A DNA stretch of 64,000 nucleotides from Okamejei kenojei (lineage: Eukaryota): assembly GCA_035221665.1 (NCBI GenBank), contig CM069141.1:46934001-46998000 (forward strand), given 5' to 3'. Of this stretch, positions 9,849 through 22,670 are shown in pieces (within the stretch, counting starts at the first letter, position 1; each line of letters begins with the position of its first letter). A program made the position numbers and the translations under genes. The notes beneath the pieces were generated by a model. It made no database searches, had not been told where the DNA came from, and worked only from the letters and a program-made list of their open reading frames with translations.

Positions 9849-10619
9849 ATACATACGTCTGAGTGGGAGATGTTAACTACGACGGGATAACTCTTACCTT
9901 TCATTGAACCACGTATATAAATGCATTGCTACTAGATCAATTACGTTCAGGATTCTGAATCCATTCATATGGTTAAAGTAATAACATTTTAAAATTACGA
10001 CCAAAAGATTTGTCGAGTGCATATTCCATATCATATCCTGATATCCAATGTAGAAAATAACTAAATAAATAATGTAGATGGCAATAATTTCAATATATAA
10101 TGTACGTGAAACAGACGAGAGTGTGGATGCTAAAATCTTGTGCACAAAAATGTTCAAGCTTCTCGGATCAGTAGACATCTGCGGAAGGATATGGACGGAA
10201 AATGCATTGGGTTGGGGCAATTTCTCATGCGTCAATTACAGAAGGTGTAGCTGGTAGAAATAAATAGGTGCATGGAAGTGGCGTGCTAAGAGGTGGCAAG
10301 TTGATGCCAGGTAAGGAAGGGTTGATTGTCAGATGGGGAAGGTGCAGAACGATGGGTGGGATGGCGGCTTAGACTGGAATGAGGTGGAAAAGAGGAATCA
10401 ATGTAAGAAAGGAATTTGAGGAATGAAATGCAGAACGAGAGGAAGGGATAGCGGGTGGGAAGGAACAATTTGAGAGGATGGGAGATAAGGATCCTAAAGG
10501 GTGTAGGGGAGGATGAGGAGCAGAAGGATGTGACGGAGGAACAGAAAGGAGCTGTGGGATAGGTTGAGGGTGGAAAAAAATATGTGCGTTGGAGGCTATG
10601 CAGCCCAACAGAAGAGAGG

Positions 10620-11520
10620 GTGGATTTGAGGTAACATGTAAATGTAAAATGGGATGTTCATTCCGTTGGCTTGCAGGCTATGTAATATGGATAAAGGATG
10701 CTGATATTTCAGTTTGAACCCCACCCCCCTTCTGATAATGGAGAAAGCTGTGGACAGAGAGATATTTATTACAATGGGATTATAACTGAAGCTGTAGTCG
10801 GAATTCGTTTCATCTACAATTTGTCTCCCGCTGTAGATAATGCCACGCGAGGAGCACTAAATGCATGGACGAATGTGTAAGAGGTGTATGTAACCCTCTG
10901 CCTGACTTTGAATGGTTGTTTAGATCCCTCTGTATTGGAAAGAGAAGTGCAGGAGCAGGTGGTGTACATCTCGCATTTGGACGGGAAACTGTTTGGTGAT
11001 GGGTGGTGTAGGTTTGCAGTGATGAGTCGCGGAGGTACTGCCCTTCTGCAGAAAGCAAAATGGGGTGGGGAACGGGAGATGTGGCTGGTGGCTAGATCGA
11101 TTTGGAGTTTGGCGGAAATGTCTGTGAACAATATATTGGATTGAAAATTACTTGAGAAAACTCAAATGAAAATCTGTTGGCCGTCCAGGCAGAGGAGGGG
11201 CGCAGTTGAGGTGACCTGTTTAGAGCCTCTGTTGCAGGAAGGTACTGGGAACCCTGAGGCATTCTTAATGGGGAATGGAAGTGAAAATGGACTGGACATC
11301 CATAATATGATTAGGACCATGGGGCCAAAAAATAGTTTTTGACGCTGAAGTTGCGGCAAGCGTCTCAGATCTCTTAAAATGTTGATGGTGAGGGACTTGT
11401 CAAGAATCATGGGCAAGATGGAGTGGAAGTAGGTAAACATGAGTTCACTGACACACGAGTATAGAAACAGAATGGGCCTAACCGGGGTCTCCTGCTTGTA
11501 TATCTTGAGTAGGAAAGAAA
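10620..11520 (-). mobile_element. Degraded Penelope-like element fragment
   Basis: Reverse complement loosely resembles the GIY-YIG/linker region at 27790-28320; heavily decayed. Confidence 0.4.
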
Positions 11521-11529
11521 CGTTTATAA

Positions 11530-12240
11530 GTTGAGAAGATGTAGGAGCATAATTAGGCCATTGGGCCTACCAAGGCTACGCCGCCATTCAAACATGACTG
11601 ATCTATATTTCCCCCTCAAACCCATTCTCCAGCCTTCTCCCCATGACACCCTTACTAATCAAGAACTTATCAATCTCAACCTTAAGATTATCCATTGATT
11701 TGGCCTCCACTGTCGTCAGTGGCAATTAATTCCGCAATGAACGCTCTGACTAAAGGAATGCCTCCTCATCTCCTTTCTAAAGGTACGTCGTTTTATTCTG
11801 AGGCTATGGCCTCTGGTACTTGACTCTCCCGCTAGTGGAATTAACCACTCTACCCAGGCCTTTCACTATTCGGTAAATTTCAATGAGTTTCCCTCTCGCC
11901 TTTCTAAACTCTAGCGAGTACAAACCCAGTGTCGCCAAACGCTCATCGTATGTTTACCCAATCATTTCTGGATCATTCTCGTAAACCTCATCTCGACCAT
12001 GTCGAATGCCACCACGTCCTTCCTCGGTTATGGGACCAAAAATGGCTCACAATATTCCAAACGCGGTCTGACCAGTGCCTGATAAAGCCAAAGCATTACA
12101 TTCCTATTTTGGTATTCTAGACCTCTCAATAAATGCACGCATTGCATTCGCCTTCCTCTACCAATTCGACTTGCAAATTATCTTTTAGGGAATATATTCG
12201 TGTTGGTGCTCCCACGTCCCTTTGCGTCACCGATTGCTGA
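11530..12240 (-). mobile_element. CR1-clade (HER1-like) LINE 3' fragment
   Basis: Similar to 34353-35163 and to the reverse complement of 18150-18756 (RT C-terminus and 3' UTR). Confidence 0.7.
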
Positions 12241-13609
12241 ATTCCTGGAGACACTCAGCATTTCAGGCAGCACATGTGGAAACACAATAGTTTTCGTTTC
12301 CGATGCGGGTCCATTCATAAGTACCGGTAGACGAGAAAACGAGTTAGCTCTGAAAGTACTGAAACTCTGATTGTATGAGGCCAAAACGCGTGAACGTTGC
12401 AGTCTGTTTAACTGTTAGGATCAAGTTGCGCTCGTTTGCTTTCAGCCCTCCATTTGTGACCATATTCCCTGGAATTGTTCCGGCACCTTACCTGGCTTAA
12501 TCACATCCTTCCTATGGCGTGTTGTCCAGAACTGTGCACAATACTTCAAATGTGGCCTTCATTACTTTTGCTCAGTCCTTAAGTTAATGAATGCAATCAT
12601 GTCATCTGATTCTTTACCTCCCTGTTTCCCTGTTCTCCCATTTTCAAAGAACTGCTTAGCCAAAACTACTAGCCAAAATATCTCTCTGGCCATCAACACT
12701 CAGAAAGTCATTTCCATTCACTGGATATAGCCTATCCTGCAGGGCTCATAAATGAGAAACATTATGCGATGCACCTAAGAAACAATTAAGCATAAACCTA
12801 TCCTCACTGCTACCTCTGCCGCTGCACATAGGTATTTGGTCTTAACCTCTGAGAGATAATCATATTTTCTATCCTCCGCTCCCCGACTGAAAACGAACTT
12901 ACTTTCAACTTTCCCAGCTCTGATGAAGCGTCCCAAACCTGTTACGTTAATCCTTTTCCTTTCCTCAGTTAATTAATGGCCAGATGAGGTTTTGCGGCCT
13001 TTTCTGTTAGTGTTATTATAGAGATGAGATTTCGTAGTTGAATCAAATGAGTGTTGACGTAATTGTATGTCGCTCTGCAGCCGAAATGATTAAGAAAAAA
13101 AAAAAGTCGACATTTGATAATATCACAAACCATTTAAAAAAATAATTCGGCATTTAAAAGCTAACTGGCTCATCTCCAGAATTATGTCAATACAAAGATT
13201 TCCGAATCATACTTTGCTTTGATTTTATTCCTTATATTATATCCTGATTTTTAATGTTCACTTGTACTGATTTGGCACGTTTTGTTACAATTAATATTCC
13301 TTGTCTTAGAATTTGATATTTGCCAGCTTCGCGTGACGCAATCATTAATTACCATATATGCAGATATGGAATAAAACATCCCAATCTCAAAGGTGGCAAG
13401 GAAATTAGCATCCAATCAGTATTTGACCACTGTGGCTTCAGATATCCTCAGTAAATTTTCATTCAGTGGAGATCCTGATGAATGGGATCTTTACGATTAA
13501 CATGCTACCCGCCAGGATGTAAAAATCTTGCCCCGTTCACCACTTGACTGGACCATTTGTGACGGTCAGAATCCACTGTAATCTTCCGTCGTATAAATGA
13601 ATATAATAA

Positions 13610-13915
13610 TTATAATAGTAATATCTTTTATTGTCATTACACATACGTGCAACGAGATTTGGTTTGCAACTTCCATCTGATGTCATAAATAAAATTTAGG
13701 TATAGATACCCCGAGAACAAGGTTTGTAAAAACGAACATTAGATCAGTAAAATCAACACAGACGAAAGTGCGAGGCCGGGGGAGACAGTCCATGGGGGTG
13801 GGGTGTACTCAGCAGGGCCGGTACAGAGCCGCTATAGCTCTGGGAATGAAGCTGTTCCTGAGTCTGGAGGTGCGGGCGTAGATGGCCTTGTAACGTCTGC
13901 CTGAAGGGAGTAGCT
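13610..13915 (-). mobile_element. LINE 3' end fragment (Rex1/L2-like)
   Basis: TTTATT signal, simple-repeat tail and ...gaagctgttcctgagtctggaggtgcgg...gtctgcctgaaggg, resembling the 3' end at 40204-40500. Confidence 0.45.
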
Positions 13916-15127
13916 CGCGTCTGGCCTAACACATTGAACGCCTTCAATTTTATGCCAAAGAATAACATCTTGCTGCGTTTCGGGTTGCAACTGATTTATT
14001 TGTTGCAACTGATTCGCTCCCTTCCTGGGATATCAATTCTAATGTTTCTGTCGATAATGGCATGTAAAACACCAGATACGAAATTACGAATGGCGTTTAC
14101 TGTAAAGCGCCAATTTAGGCGACAGGTTTGGTAACTAGAATTTTTTTTTACGAAGGGAATGTTTAATAAAGAAAGCATCCATTGATCAATGCGTCATTGA
14201 GTCCCTTATGTGCGGATTGCACGAATTGAATGTGTTGAAGGAAAGCACAATGAAACAGAGATTCACAAAATAAATAGGACTTCCGAAATTCACCAACTCT
14301 TCCGCGTCCCAGCCCCCACCGATACCTAAATTCGATGCTTCCCTCAATATCGATTCACTGGATTAATGCAGTAATGCAGACACTTCTGACAGAAGCAATC
14401 CAAATATACAATTGTTCTAAATGTTCAGATTAGTGACGGTAGGAAAATCACCTGGTAATAACTTCTTGATTTGGAGTTGACGATTCTCTTATCCACGAAC
14501 TGTTTACTTGAAATACAAAATTACTTAATCAGCTGGTGACATTGAAAGCGTTATATTCACTGACTCGCTTTAATCTCCTAAAAGTGACACAAAAATATTA
14601 AAGGATATCTACTTTAAAAAGATCACCCTTGCTTAATTGGTTGGTAAGCGAACAATAGTAGACTGCAGCAGAGCACAAAGTGTTAATGGAATTCAGCCGG
14701 TCATGTCGCATCCTCTAGCACTTTGTGTTTAGTTCAAGATTCCAACTACGGCAGTTACTTGTTTCCCATCACTTGACCCCAGCCGTCTAGAACAAAAACG
14801 AACACAGTTGCCAAAGATATATATTTTGGTACAACTTGTACCTGGAATTGTCAGGCCCCATCATAAATAAAGAGTATTTTCGCATACATGTTTGATCACA
14901 GAAATACTGACGCAACCGAACTATTCACGTTTACGAATTGATTGAAACTTTAGGTATGTTAGCATTTCAGGCCACAATGCCCTCAAAACCTGCCTGCGAT
15001 TCGAAGTAAAATTATGAAAATATAATAGAGCCGTTATTTGCAGGAATTAGCTTTTATGATTGAACACCATAAATATTTATGAGAACAGTGCAGCTTTAGG
15101 AGTTGCAACGGTAGTTGTTGAATATAA

Positions 15128-15151
15128 ATGGTCGTGTGGCTGTCTACCATT
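15128..15151 (+). promoter_or_regulatory. Mutated CSE of pseudogene unit 3
   Basis: ATGGTCGTGTGGCTGTCTACCATT: CGCT>GGCT and CCAAT>CCATT. Confidence 0.75.
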
Positions 15152-15379
15152 GAGAAGATAAAGTGCACAGATGGACCCATCCGTCCTCCCACAGCTAAGA
15201 ACAAAAACGTCGGACACTACGAAAAATCGAGCAGTGCCTGCGTTTGGATGTTCGAATCAAGCTGATAAGGTTTTCGTGTGTTTACTTACCGGTTTCAGAA
15301 TTTATATTATTATTTTTTGTCGTGTGGTAAGGATATTTATACGGATTACCTGAAGAGGTCGTGTTTTGGACATTAATTG

Positions 15380-16915
15380 ACCCCGTACTTACTGTTATCT
15401 GTTTGTGTGCGTTTTGGTACGCAATTTCGTGCAAAGTCGTTGTTCTATCCCAGAGGAAATGGAAAATGTAACTTTTGTTGGAAACATCGCTCAAGGTCTG
15501 GGTCTGATCGTACCGCAATGGTCAGCTCATAAATTGCGGCTGAGCTCTGATAATAGAGGGCGGTACGTGGAGGTTAGTCTGGACAATGGAATATTCTCTA
15601 TTGTGCAAAAATGGATAGGGAAATAATTTTCGAACTTTCAGATAAGTGTACTATAACTATAAGTGTACTATAACTTACAAAACAATGCTGGAAACCCCTT
15701 TGGAGGTGTATCACAGGGAACTGGTGATTCTTGATGCAAATGACACTCACCCACATTCCCGCAGAGTAGCATTGCCTTACAGATATCCGAAGCGATTGCA
15801 TCCGGTGTACCTTTCCGACTCACGACTAAAGTTTCCGTGAGTACTTTAAACTGAAAATACAGAAAACCGAGGACGCGTTTATAATTGGCGAACTGCTGAT
15901 AGAGAAACCGCTGGACCGAGAGCAACAATCATCATCTCAAATCTTGCTGACGGCGACTGATGGTGGCATCCCTCAGAGATCAAGCACAACTCAGATTCTA
16001 ATTACTGTATTGGACATCAATGATCATGCGCTGCTATTCGATTTGAGATGATGATTGTTGCTAGATATTTGCAGATGGTGCTTAAGTGAGAACGCACCGC
16101 AAGACATCATGGTGATGAAAGTCCAAGCAAATTAGTTGGACGAAAGGGTGAACGGGCAGTTAACACATTCTTTCAGTGACGTTGCCTTACGGAGAGCAGG
16201 TAAGTTGTTCTTCTTTGACCCAGATAACGGTGAGATTCGGGTTAAAGGTCCGCTAGATGTTGAAGAGGCCAACGGCAACATCAATCTAGAAGTTCAGGCT
16301 GTGGATCACGACTCGCCTCCCATTGCGGGACCCTCCAGAGTACTAATAACGGTGCTAACGCCCCAAGGTTTGTGGAGTCATCCACAACGTATACGCGATT
16401 GAGAATAACGTAACGGGTGCATCGACTTTCGCAGTAACTGCAATTAATCCTGATCCATTCCCGAAAAAATCCTATCTTTCGACTTCCTTGTGGACAATTA
16501 CATCCAAAAACTTGCCAGTACCCGCTTTTCTCAACATTAACGCAAATAACAGCACCATATACGCGCAGCGCTCCCTTGACTATGAGCACCTCAAGAAGTC
16601 CCGGATCCATGTGCAAGCCCGTGACGCTGGAGTGCCTCCGCCGAGCAGCAGCGCCACGGTGAATGAAACATTCTGGATCAAAATGACAACGCGCCGGTAA
16701 TAGTTTCATCCTCGGAGCAGAGTAGATCAGCAGCACTGGATGTCGTACCCCAGTCAGCGGGTTCAGGGGTACCTGATCACCCAAATAATCGCATTGATGC
16801 AGATTCTGGTCGGAAATTTCGGAGCTTTTTTATCAAAAGGTGAAATCTAACGATCCCAGTTTTTTCAACGTTGGGCAAAATTCCGGTAAAATTCAAACAG
16901 CGCGCCATACTCTGA
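15380..16915 (+). pseudogene. Protocadherin pseudogene, unit 3 (no start codon, frameshifts/stops, EC4 deleted, truncated in EC6)
   Basis: Fragments SIPEEMENVTFVGNIAQGLGL, GEIRVKGPLDVEE and IHVQARDAGVPP lie in different frames. The ACAATGG start is absent and homology ends mid-EC6 with no TM or tail. Confidence 0.9.
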
Positions 16916-18117
16916 TCTTCTGGTTTTCCCCTCGATAACGTAAACCTGTATATCATGGCAACTGTCTCGGGAATCTGGCCTGCTCCCTCTCAGGCTTAAC
17001 CAAACTATTTCTGTAAGATGATGACTATCTCTGCACTCAATCATTCAAATCCAGCCAAATATACGTTTTGTTCATCTGTCATACGTTCAGTACCGCTGCC
17101 GATGAAGCCGACCATGTCCATTGCCTTCTTTGCAACCCTGTCTATTAGTGTTCCCATGTTTAAAGACCAAATTTAGTTTACCCCAATTCCCTGTCCGTTT
17201 ATGACCATCAGCATATCAATCTTCCTTGTTATTAATCATGCACACAGAAATAATGAAGCATTTTGTGTCCTAACATCTGCTGCGACGAGTTTATATCTTT
17301 ATTTGGTCTTGGCCTTTGAGAGAGATTTATATTTTCTCTCCTTTACTTCCCCATCCTCACTCCTACTGAAAAATAGCTTATTTCCATTCTTGTGCAGATC
17401 TGATAAATGATCCCAGGATTGAACCGTTAACTGTATTTCTTTCCTCAGATGATTTCTGAGTCGGTGAGTCGGTGAGTCGGTGAGTCGCTGTCGCATATGA
17501 AACTTCATCAGTGGCTCATTACTAGCTAATTTCGAAATAACGGTCGCAACATGCTTCTTGTTTGGTGGAAGGAATTATTCCAAAGCTCACCTCCAGTTTT
17601 TCGTGTTGATTTGAATTTTTTGCAGGTTTTATTACAATTACTCGGTTGATATTGATTTTATTACAATTTGATTTTTGCTAGTTTCGCATGGTTCAGTCAA
17701 TGGAAAGTTTTTGTGTGGTTATGGAATATAAAATGTGAAACCCAGAGCTAACTAAAGAAAGACGTACAAATGACACCCAATTAGTCTATTGTGTCATCAG
17801 AAATCTTCAGAAAATGTTCAACCAATGGTGAACATGACCAAAGCAATCATTTTGATTAAGATTCTTGCCACGACATTAAGAACTTGTCCCACTCAAACTT
17901 TGCTCGGATCATGCACGATGTTGAACGTCCACTGTAAACTCCAGCAGCAGAAATGAAATAAGAATTTAAAAACATACCAAATTTCCTGCGGTGATACACG
18001 TAACGATAACTATTTTCCACGCTTCCTACAATATCTGTCGGGTCTGATGGGTTATGAGCTTGTGAAACTGATGCAAGGAAGATTTACATTTTACCATTAC
18101 CTCACAATACCTAAGAT

Positions 18118-18925
18118 ATACACAAAAAGCTGGTGTAACAGCGGGACTGAGAGACAACGCTAATGGAATGTTGGCCTTCATAAAAAGGGGGTTTCAGTAT
18201 AGGAGTAGAGAGGTTCTTCTGAAGTTGTATAGGTCTCGGGTAAGACCACATCTGGAGAATTGCGTACAGTTTTGTCTCCTAATTTGAGGAAGAACATCCT
18301 TGTGATTGAGCCAGTGCAGCGTAGGCTCACGAGATTGATCCCAGGGATGGCGGGACTGTCATATAAGGAAAAATTGAAAAGACGGCTTGTATTCATTGGA
18401 GTTTAGAAGGATGAGGGGGAATCGCTTAGAAACATATAAAATTACAAAAGGACTGGACAAGCTAGATGCAGGAAAAATGTTCCCAATGTTGGGTGTGTCC
18501 AGAACCAATGGTCACAGTCTTTTTTTAAAGGAGAGGCCATTTACGACTGAGGGCAGTGGAGGCCAAATCACTGGATGGATTTAAGAGAGAGTTAGATAGA
18601 GCTCTAGGGGCTAGTGGAATCAAGGGATATGGGGAGAAGGCAAGCACGGGTTATTGATTGCGGACGATCAGCCATGATCGCAATGAACGGCTGTGCTGGC
18701 TCGAAGGGCCGAATGGCATCCTCCTGCACCTATTTTCTATGTTTCTATGTTTCTATGCATCTCTGGTGAGAAGGAATGGGTGACGTTTCGGATCGAGACT
18801 GGAGAAGGGTCTCGAGCCGAAACGACACATATTCCTTCTCTCCAGAGATGCTGCCCCTCCCGCAGAGTTTCTCCAAATTTTTGTGTCTATCCGGATTAAA
18901 CCAGCATCTGCAGTTCATTCTTACA
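18118..18925. repeat. Penelope pLTR-derived inverted repeat, split by the CR1 LINE
   Basis: cacaaaaagctgg...cagcgggac | LINE | gcatctctgg...gacgtttcgg is mirrored by ccgaaacg...ccagagatgc...ttttgtgt. Confidence 0.65.
18150..18756 (+). mobile_element. CR1-clade (HER1-like) LINE 3' fragment with (TTCTATG)n tail
   Basis: Encodes LYSLEFRRMRG.RLETYKITKGLDKLDAGKMFPMLG.SRT.GHSL (CR1 ORF2 C-terminus); tandem ttctatg tail at ~18735-18756. Inserted into a Penelope-derived inverted repeat. Confidence 0.85.
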
Positions 18926-19517
18926 CCTCACAATATCTATGCATGCATGTGTCAATAAATCCGGCTTGACTTGGACGTGACGATGCCTTTCACCAACAAT
19001 GATTCCCTTTAAAGAGGGATCTGGTTCAACAATTGGCCAATCGGGAGCATTGTGTTCACGAACACCTTCTCCACTATCTAGAAAGTGACAATAAAATTAT
19101 CATGATTATGTTCTTTGATCGCTAAAAAGGTCAACTTTGCTTTAAAATTATTTTCGTTGGAATGGGCATAATCATATGAAAGGAAATTATGCAGTCGCTA
19201 TATGAACATATTTTCTTACTACCCTGATATGCGATTATAAGAGTTCCAACAACTGTAAACAAAGACTATATTTCAGAAATGTAACATTACAGACATACTG
19301 ATGCAATCTATTTATTCGCTATTGCATTCTAACAGACGGACAGAATGTGTTAGTAATAACCCTCTCCGGACGTGCCTGATGTGACATTCGAAGTTAAACG
19401 TAAAACAAATCTCCTTCTCAAAACGTTTTTTTATAGAGGGCGTTTTATGGTTGCACACAATTAAATTTGCAGGAGAGCAGTACAGCTTTAAGAATTGTAG
19501 TTGCAGTTGTTGAAAAG

Positions 19518-19543
19518 AACTGGTCGTGTCGCTGTCTACCAAT
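19518..19543 (+). promoter_or_regulatory. Pcdh promoter CSE (CGCT box) + CCAAT, unit 4
   Basis: Identical 26-mer despite diverged flanks; CGCT at 19530-19533. Confidence 0.85.
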
Positions 19544-19789
19544 GAGAAGCTCAAGTACACAGATGGATCCATTGCCCCTCCCACATCTACAGAATAAAAA
19601 CGCCATACCCGACGACAGAGGCGAGCAGTGCCTGCGTTTCGATTGCCGAAACAATCGGAGGAGGATAGATTTCCCGTCTGTTTGGATTTGGGACTGGAAA
19701 TATATAAAAATATATATCTTGCGGGAGGACCATTTGCACGGATTACCCGAGGAGAGGCCTGGTCTTGGGCTTTGACAGGGCGCGGAACA

Positions 19790-22174
19790 ATGGCGTACCT
19801 AACGATGCTTGTCTTCACTGTGTTTGCTCGCATGTTTGTGATATGTCAACCGGGTCATATCTCCGGGCAAATTCGCTATTCCATTCCCGAGGAAATGGAG
19901 GAAGGGGCATTTGTTGGGAATATCGCTGTGGATTTGAGCCTGAATGTACGGCAATTGTCAGCTCGCAAATTCCGACTGAGCTCCGATGACGGAGGGCGGT
20001 ACATGAAGGTTAGTTTGGACAATGGAATCATTACTATTCGTGAAAGAATCGACCGGGAACGTATTTGTGGACAGAACGATAAATGTACTATATCTTTCGA
20101 AACAATACTGGAAAACCCTTTGGAGATGCATGAAGGGGAATTGGAGATTCTCGATGTTAATGACAATCCCCCCACTTTCCCGCAGAGGAGCATTGCTTTG
20201 CAGATGTCAGAAGCCAGTGCATCTGGTGCACGTTTCCGACTCGAGGGCGCGGATGATCCAGACATTGGTACAAATACCGTGGCCGCCTACACGATCGGTT
20301 CGAGTGATCACTTTAGCCTAAAAACACAGAAAACCGAGAGCGGCATTATAATTGTCGAATTGCTCTTGGAGAAATCTTTGAACCGAGAACTACAATCATC
20401 ATTTCAACTCTTGCTTACTGCGACTGACGGCGGAACCCCACAGAGATCAGCGACAGCTCAGATTCTCATTACTGTACTGGACTTCAACGATAATCCACCT
20501 GTGTTCGACCATGATATTTACAGAGGTAGCGTCAGAGAGAACGCGCCGCGGGGTACGTTGGTGCTGAAAGTCAAAGCAAATGATTTGGACGAAGGACTGA
20601 ATGCGGACCTGACATATCGTTTTAGTGATGTTGCTTTGCGAAGAGCGCAAAATGTATTCAGTTTGGAACCAGGCACCGGGGAGATTCGAGTTCAACAGCC
20701 ACTAGATTTTGAAGAAGTAAACAGCTATTCTCTCGATATTCAAGCCCAGGACTACGGTTCCCCTGCAATGACAGGACACTCTAATGTACTGATTGAAGTC
20801 ATTGACGTGAACGACAATGCACCTGAGATAAAGGTAACATCAGCTTCCAACAAAATCCAGGAAAATGCGCTACCAGGAAGTTTCATATCCCTGATTAATG
20901 TGATCGATCGTGATTCTGGAGCGAACGGTCAAGTGCGTTGCGAGTTACAAAAGAACGTCCCATTTCGACTGCAAAGGACATCGAACCACTATAAATTAAC
21001 TACGAGTGAAACGTTGGACCGTGAAGCCATCTCTGAGTATGACATTCTTATTTCAGCCTGGGACTTGGGGTCGCCGTCACTTTCATCAAATAAAACCATC
21101 CAGATTGCAATTTCCGACGTTAATGATAACGCACCGCAGTTTTCTGAGGCATCCTACAACGTATATGTGATGGAGAATAACGCGGTGGGTGCGTCCGTTT
21201 CCACAGTAACTGCAATGGATCCTGATCTGGACCTAAATTCCTATGTTTCCTACTCCTTTCTCGATAATCATATCCAAAACTTGCCCGTGTCCAGTTACCT
21301 CACTATTAACTCAATGAACGGTACTATTTACGCGCTGCGTTCCTTTGACCATGAGGAACTCAAGAACTTCCAGATCCATGTTCAAGCCCGTGACGCGGGG
21401 GTACCTCCGTTAAGCGGCAGCGCCACGGTGAATGTGATCATCCTGGATCAAAATGACAACGCGCCGGTAATTGTTTCACCTTCAGAACAAAGTGGCCCAG
21501 CAATAGTCGAGGTCGTGCCCCAGACAGCGGGTCAAGGGTACTTGGTCACCAAGATAATGGCAAATGATGCCGATTCTGGTCAGAACGCACGGCTCTTTTA
21601 TCAGATGGTGAAATCTACCGACCCTACGTTGTACAACGTTGGACAACATTCAGGTCAAATCAGAACAGCGCGCAATATTATGCAATCAGATACTGCTGAT
21701 GAAACTCTAGTCATCTTGGTTAGGGACAATGGGCAGCCAAGCCTGTCCAGCACAGTTACAATCCACATTAGAGTGTTGTGGAATAGCACTGAAGGAATCG
21801 GCGAAAGCAGTACCTTGGTGAAGAATCCAGAATATTTCTCTGATCCAAACGTTTATTTAATCGTCATTTTCAGTTGCACTTCCGTGATCTTTCTTCTGAT
21901 CATCGTTCTATTGATTGGCATCAAGTGTAAACAGGACAGAGTTATTATCCAAGATTATAACTCTCCTAATTATTCTTACAATCATGCGGGTTCTCACGGC
22001 ACGTTTAATGGAAGATCTGCCATGGAGGAAACTTTACGCTATCCTGGGACGGGCCGGGTACTCCGCTTGCAAGAGCCGAATCAATACTCGGTCTGTCTCT
22101 CTCCCGAGTCAGCGAAAAGCGATTTTCTCTTCTTGAAGCCATGCGGCGCACCCACCTCACAAGCCCAATGCTAA
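19790..22174 (+). CDS. Clustered protocadherin, single large exon, unit 4 (794 aa; intact)
   Basis: ACAATGG start (MAYLTMLVF...), 6 EC repeats, TM VYLIVIFSCTSVIFLLIIVLLIGI, KSDFLFLKP tail, TAA stop. In frame with track ORF 19628..22174. Confidence 0.95.
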   Translation: MAYLTMLVFTVFARMFVICQPGHISGQIRYSIPEEMEEGAFVGNIAVDLSLNVRQLSARKFRLSSDDGGRYMKVSLDNGIITIRERIDRERICGQNDKCTISFETILENPLEMHEGELEILDVNDNPPTFPQRSIALQMSEASASGARFRLEGADDPDIGTNTVAAYTIGSSDHFSLKTQKTESGIIIVELLLEKSLNRELQSSFQLLLTATDGGTPQRSATAQILITVLDFNDNPPVFDHDIYRGSVRENAPRGTLVLKVKANDLDEGLNADLTYRFSDVALRRAQNVFSLEPGTGEIRVQQPLDFEEVNSYSLDIQAQDYGSPAMTGHSNVLIEVIDVNDNAPEIKVTSASNKIQENALPGSFISLINVIDRDSGANGQVRCELQKNVPFRLQRTSNHYKLTTSETLDREAISEYDILISAWDLGSPSLSSNKTIQIAISDVNDNAPQFSEASYNVYVMENNAVGASVSTVTAMDPDLDLNSYVSYSFLDNHIQNLPVSSYLTINSMNGTIYALRSFDHEELKNFQIHVQARDAGVPPLSGSATVNVIILDQNDNAPVIVSPSEQSGPAIVEVVPQTAGQGYLVTKIMANDADSGQNARLFYQMVKSTDPTLYNVGQHSGQIRTARNIMQSDTADETLVILVRDNGQPSLSSTVTIHIRVLWNSTEGIGESSTLVKNPEYFSDPNVYLIVIFSCTSVIFLLIIVLLIGIKCKQDRVIIQDYNSPNYSYNHAGSHGTFNGRSAMEETLRYPGTGRVLRLQEPNQYSVCLSPESAKSDFLFLKPCGAPTSQAQC

Positions 22175-22545
22175 ATTACACTAATGCTTAGATTAAGGAA
22201 TGCCAATTTTGTGTGCGGCCATTTTATTTCTGCCCGGAAATATGAATCAGTGCGAGTGAAATATTTAAAATAACATTCTCTTGTTGCATTATTTCTCTAT
22301 CGCTTAAATGGGAGTATAATTGTCAAAAATATAATTTTCCTGCAACTTGAATGAAAACATTTAAAAATTGCATATTTTATTTCTAAAGCCGGTCCTTCTG
22401 TCTCGAGATAATGTGCAGGAACGTGTTACCATTTAGTTTACGCAAAGTGTCATGATCCAGTGCCTATTAATAAGGTAAATTTACGTTGAATTATTTGCTG
22501 ATTGCGCACCGACATGTTGTATAATTATTGATTGTTCGTGGTACA

Positions 22546-22670
22546 AATAATTCATATAACAATAATCAGCAGGTGAAGGAAATAATTAAGCTCGTATATT
22601 TGAAAAATAATTTCAAATATATGAGCTTAATTATTTCCTTCACCTGCTGATTATTGTTATATGTATTATT
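22546..22670. repeat. Near-perfect palindrome, 60-bp arms, 5-nt loop
   Basis: 22546-22605 is the reverse complement of 22611-22670 with 2 mismatches. Confidence 0.95.

Noticed and set aside
17458-17487. Short tandem repeats ((gagtcggt)3; also (GA)n ~31621, poly-C ~31767 and ~40925, (ttcacctttc)n ~60930)
   Set aside because: Simple microsatellites with no spacer structure; not CRISPR-like.
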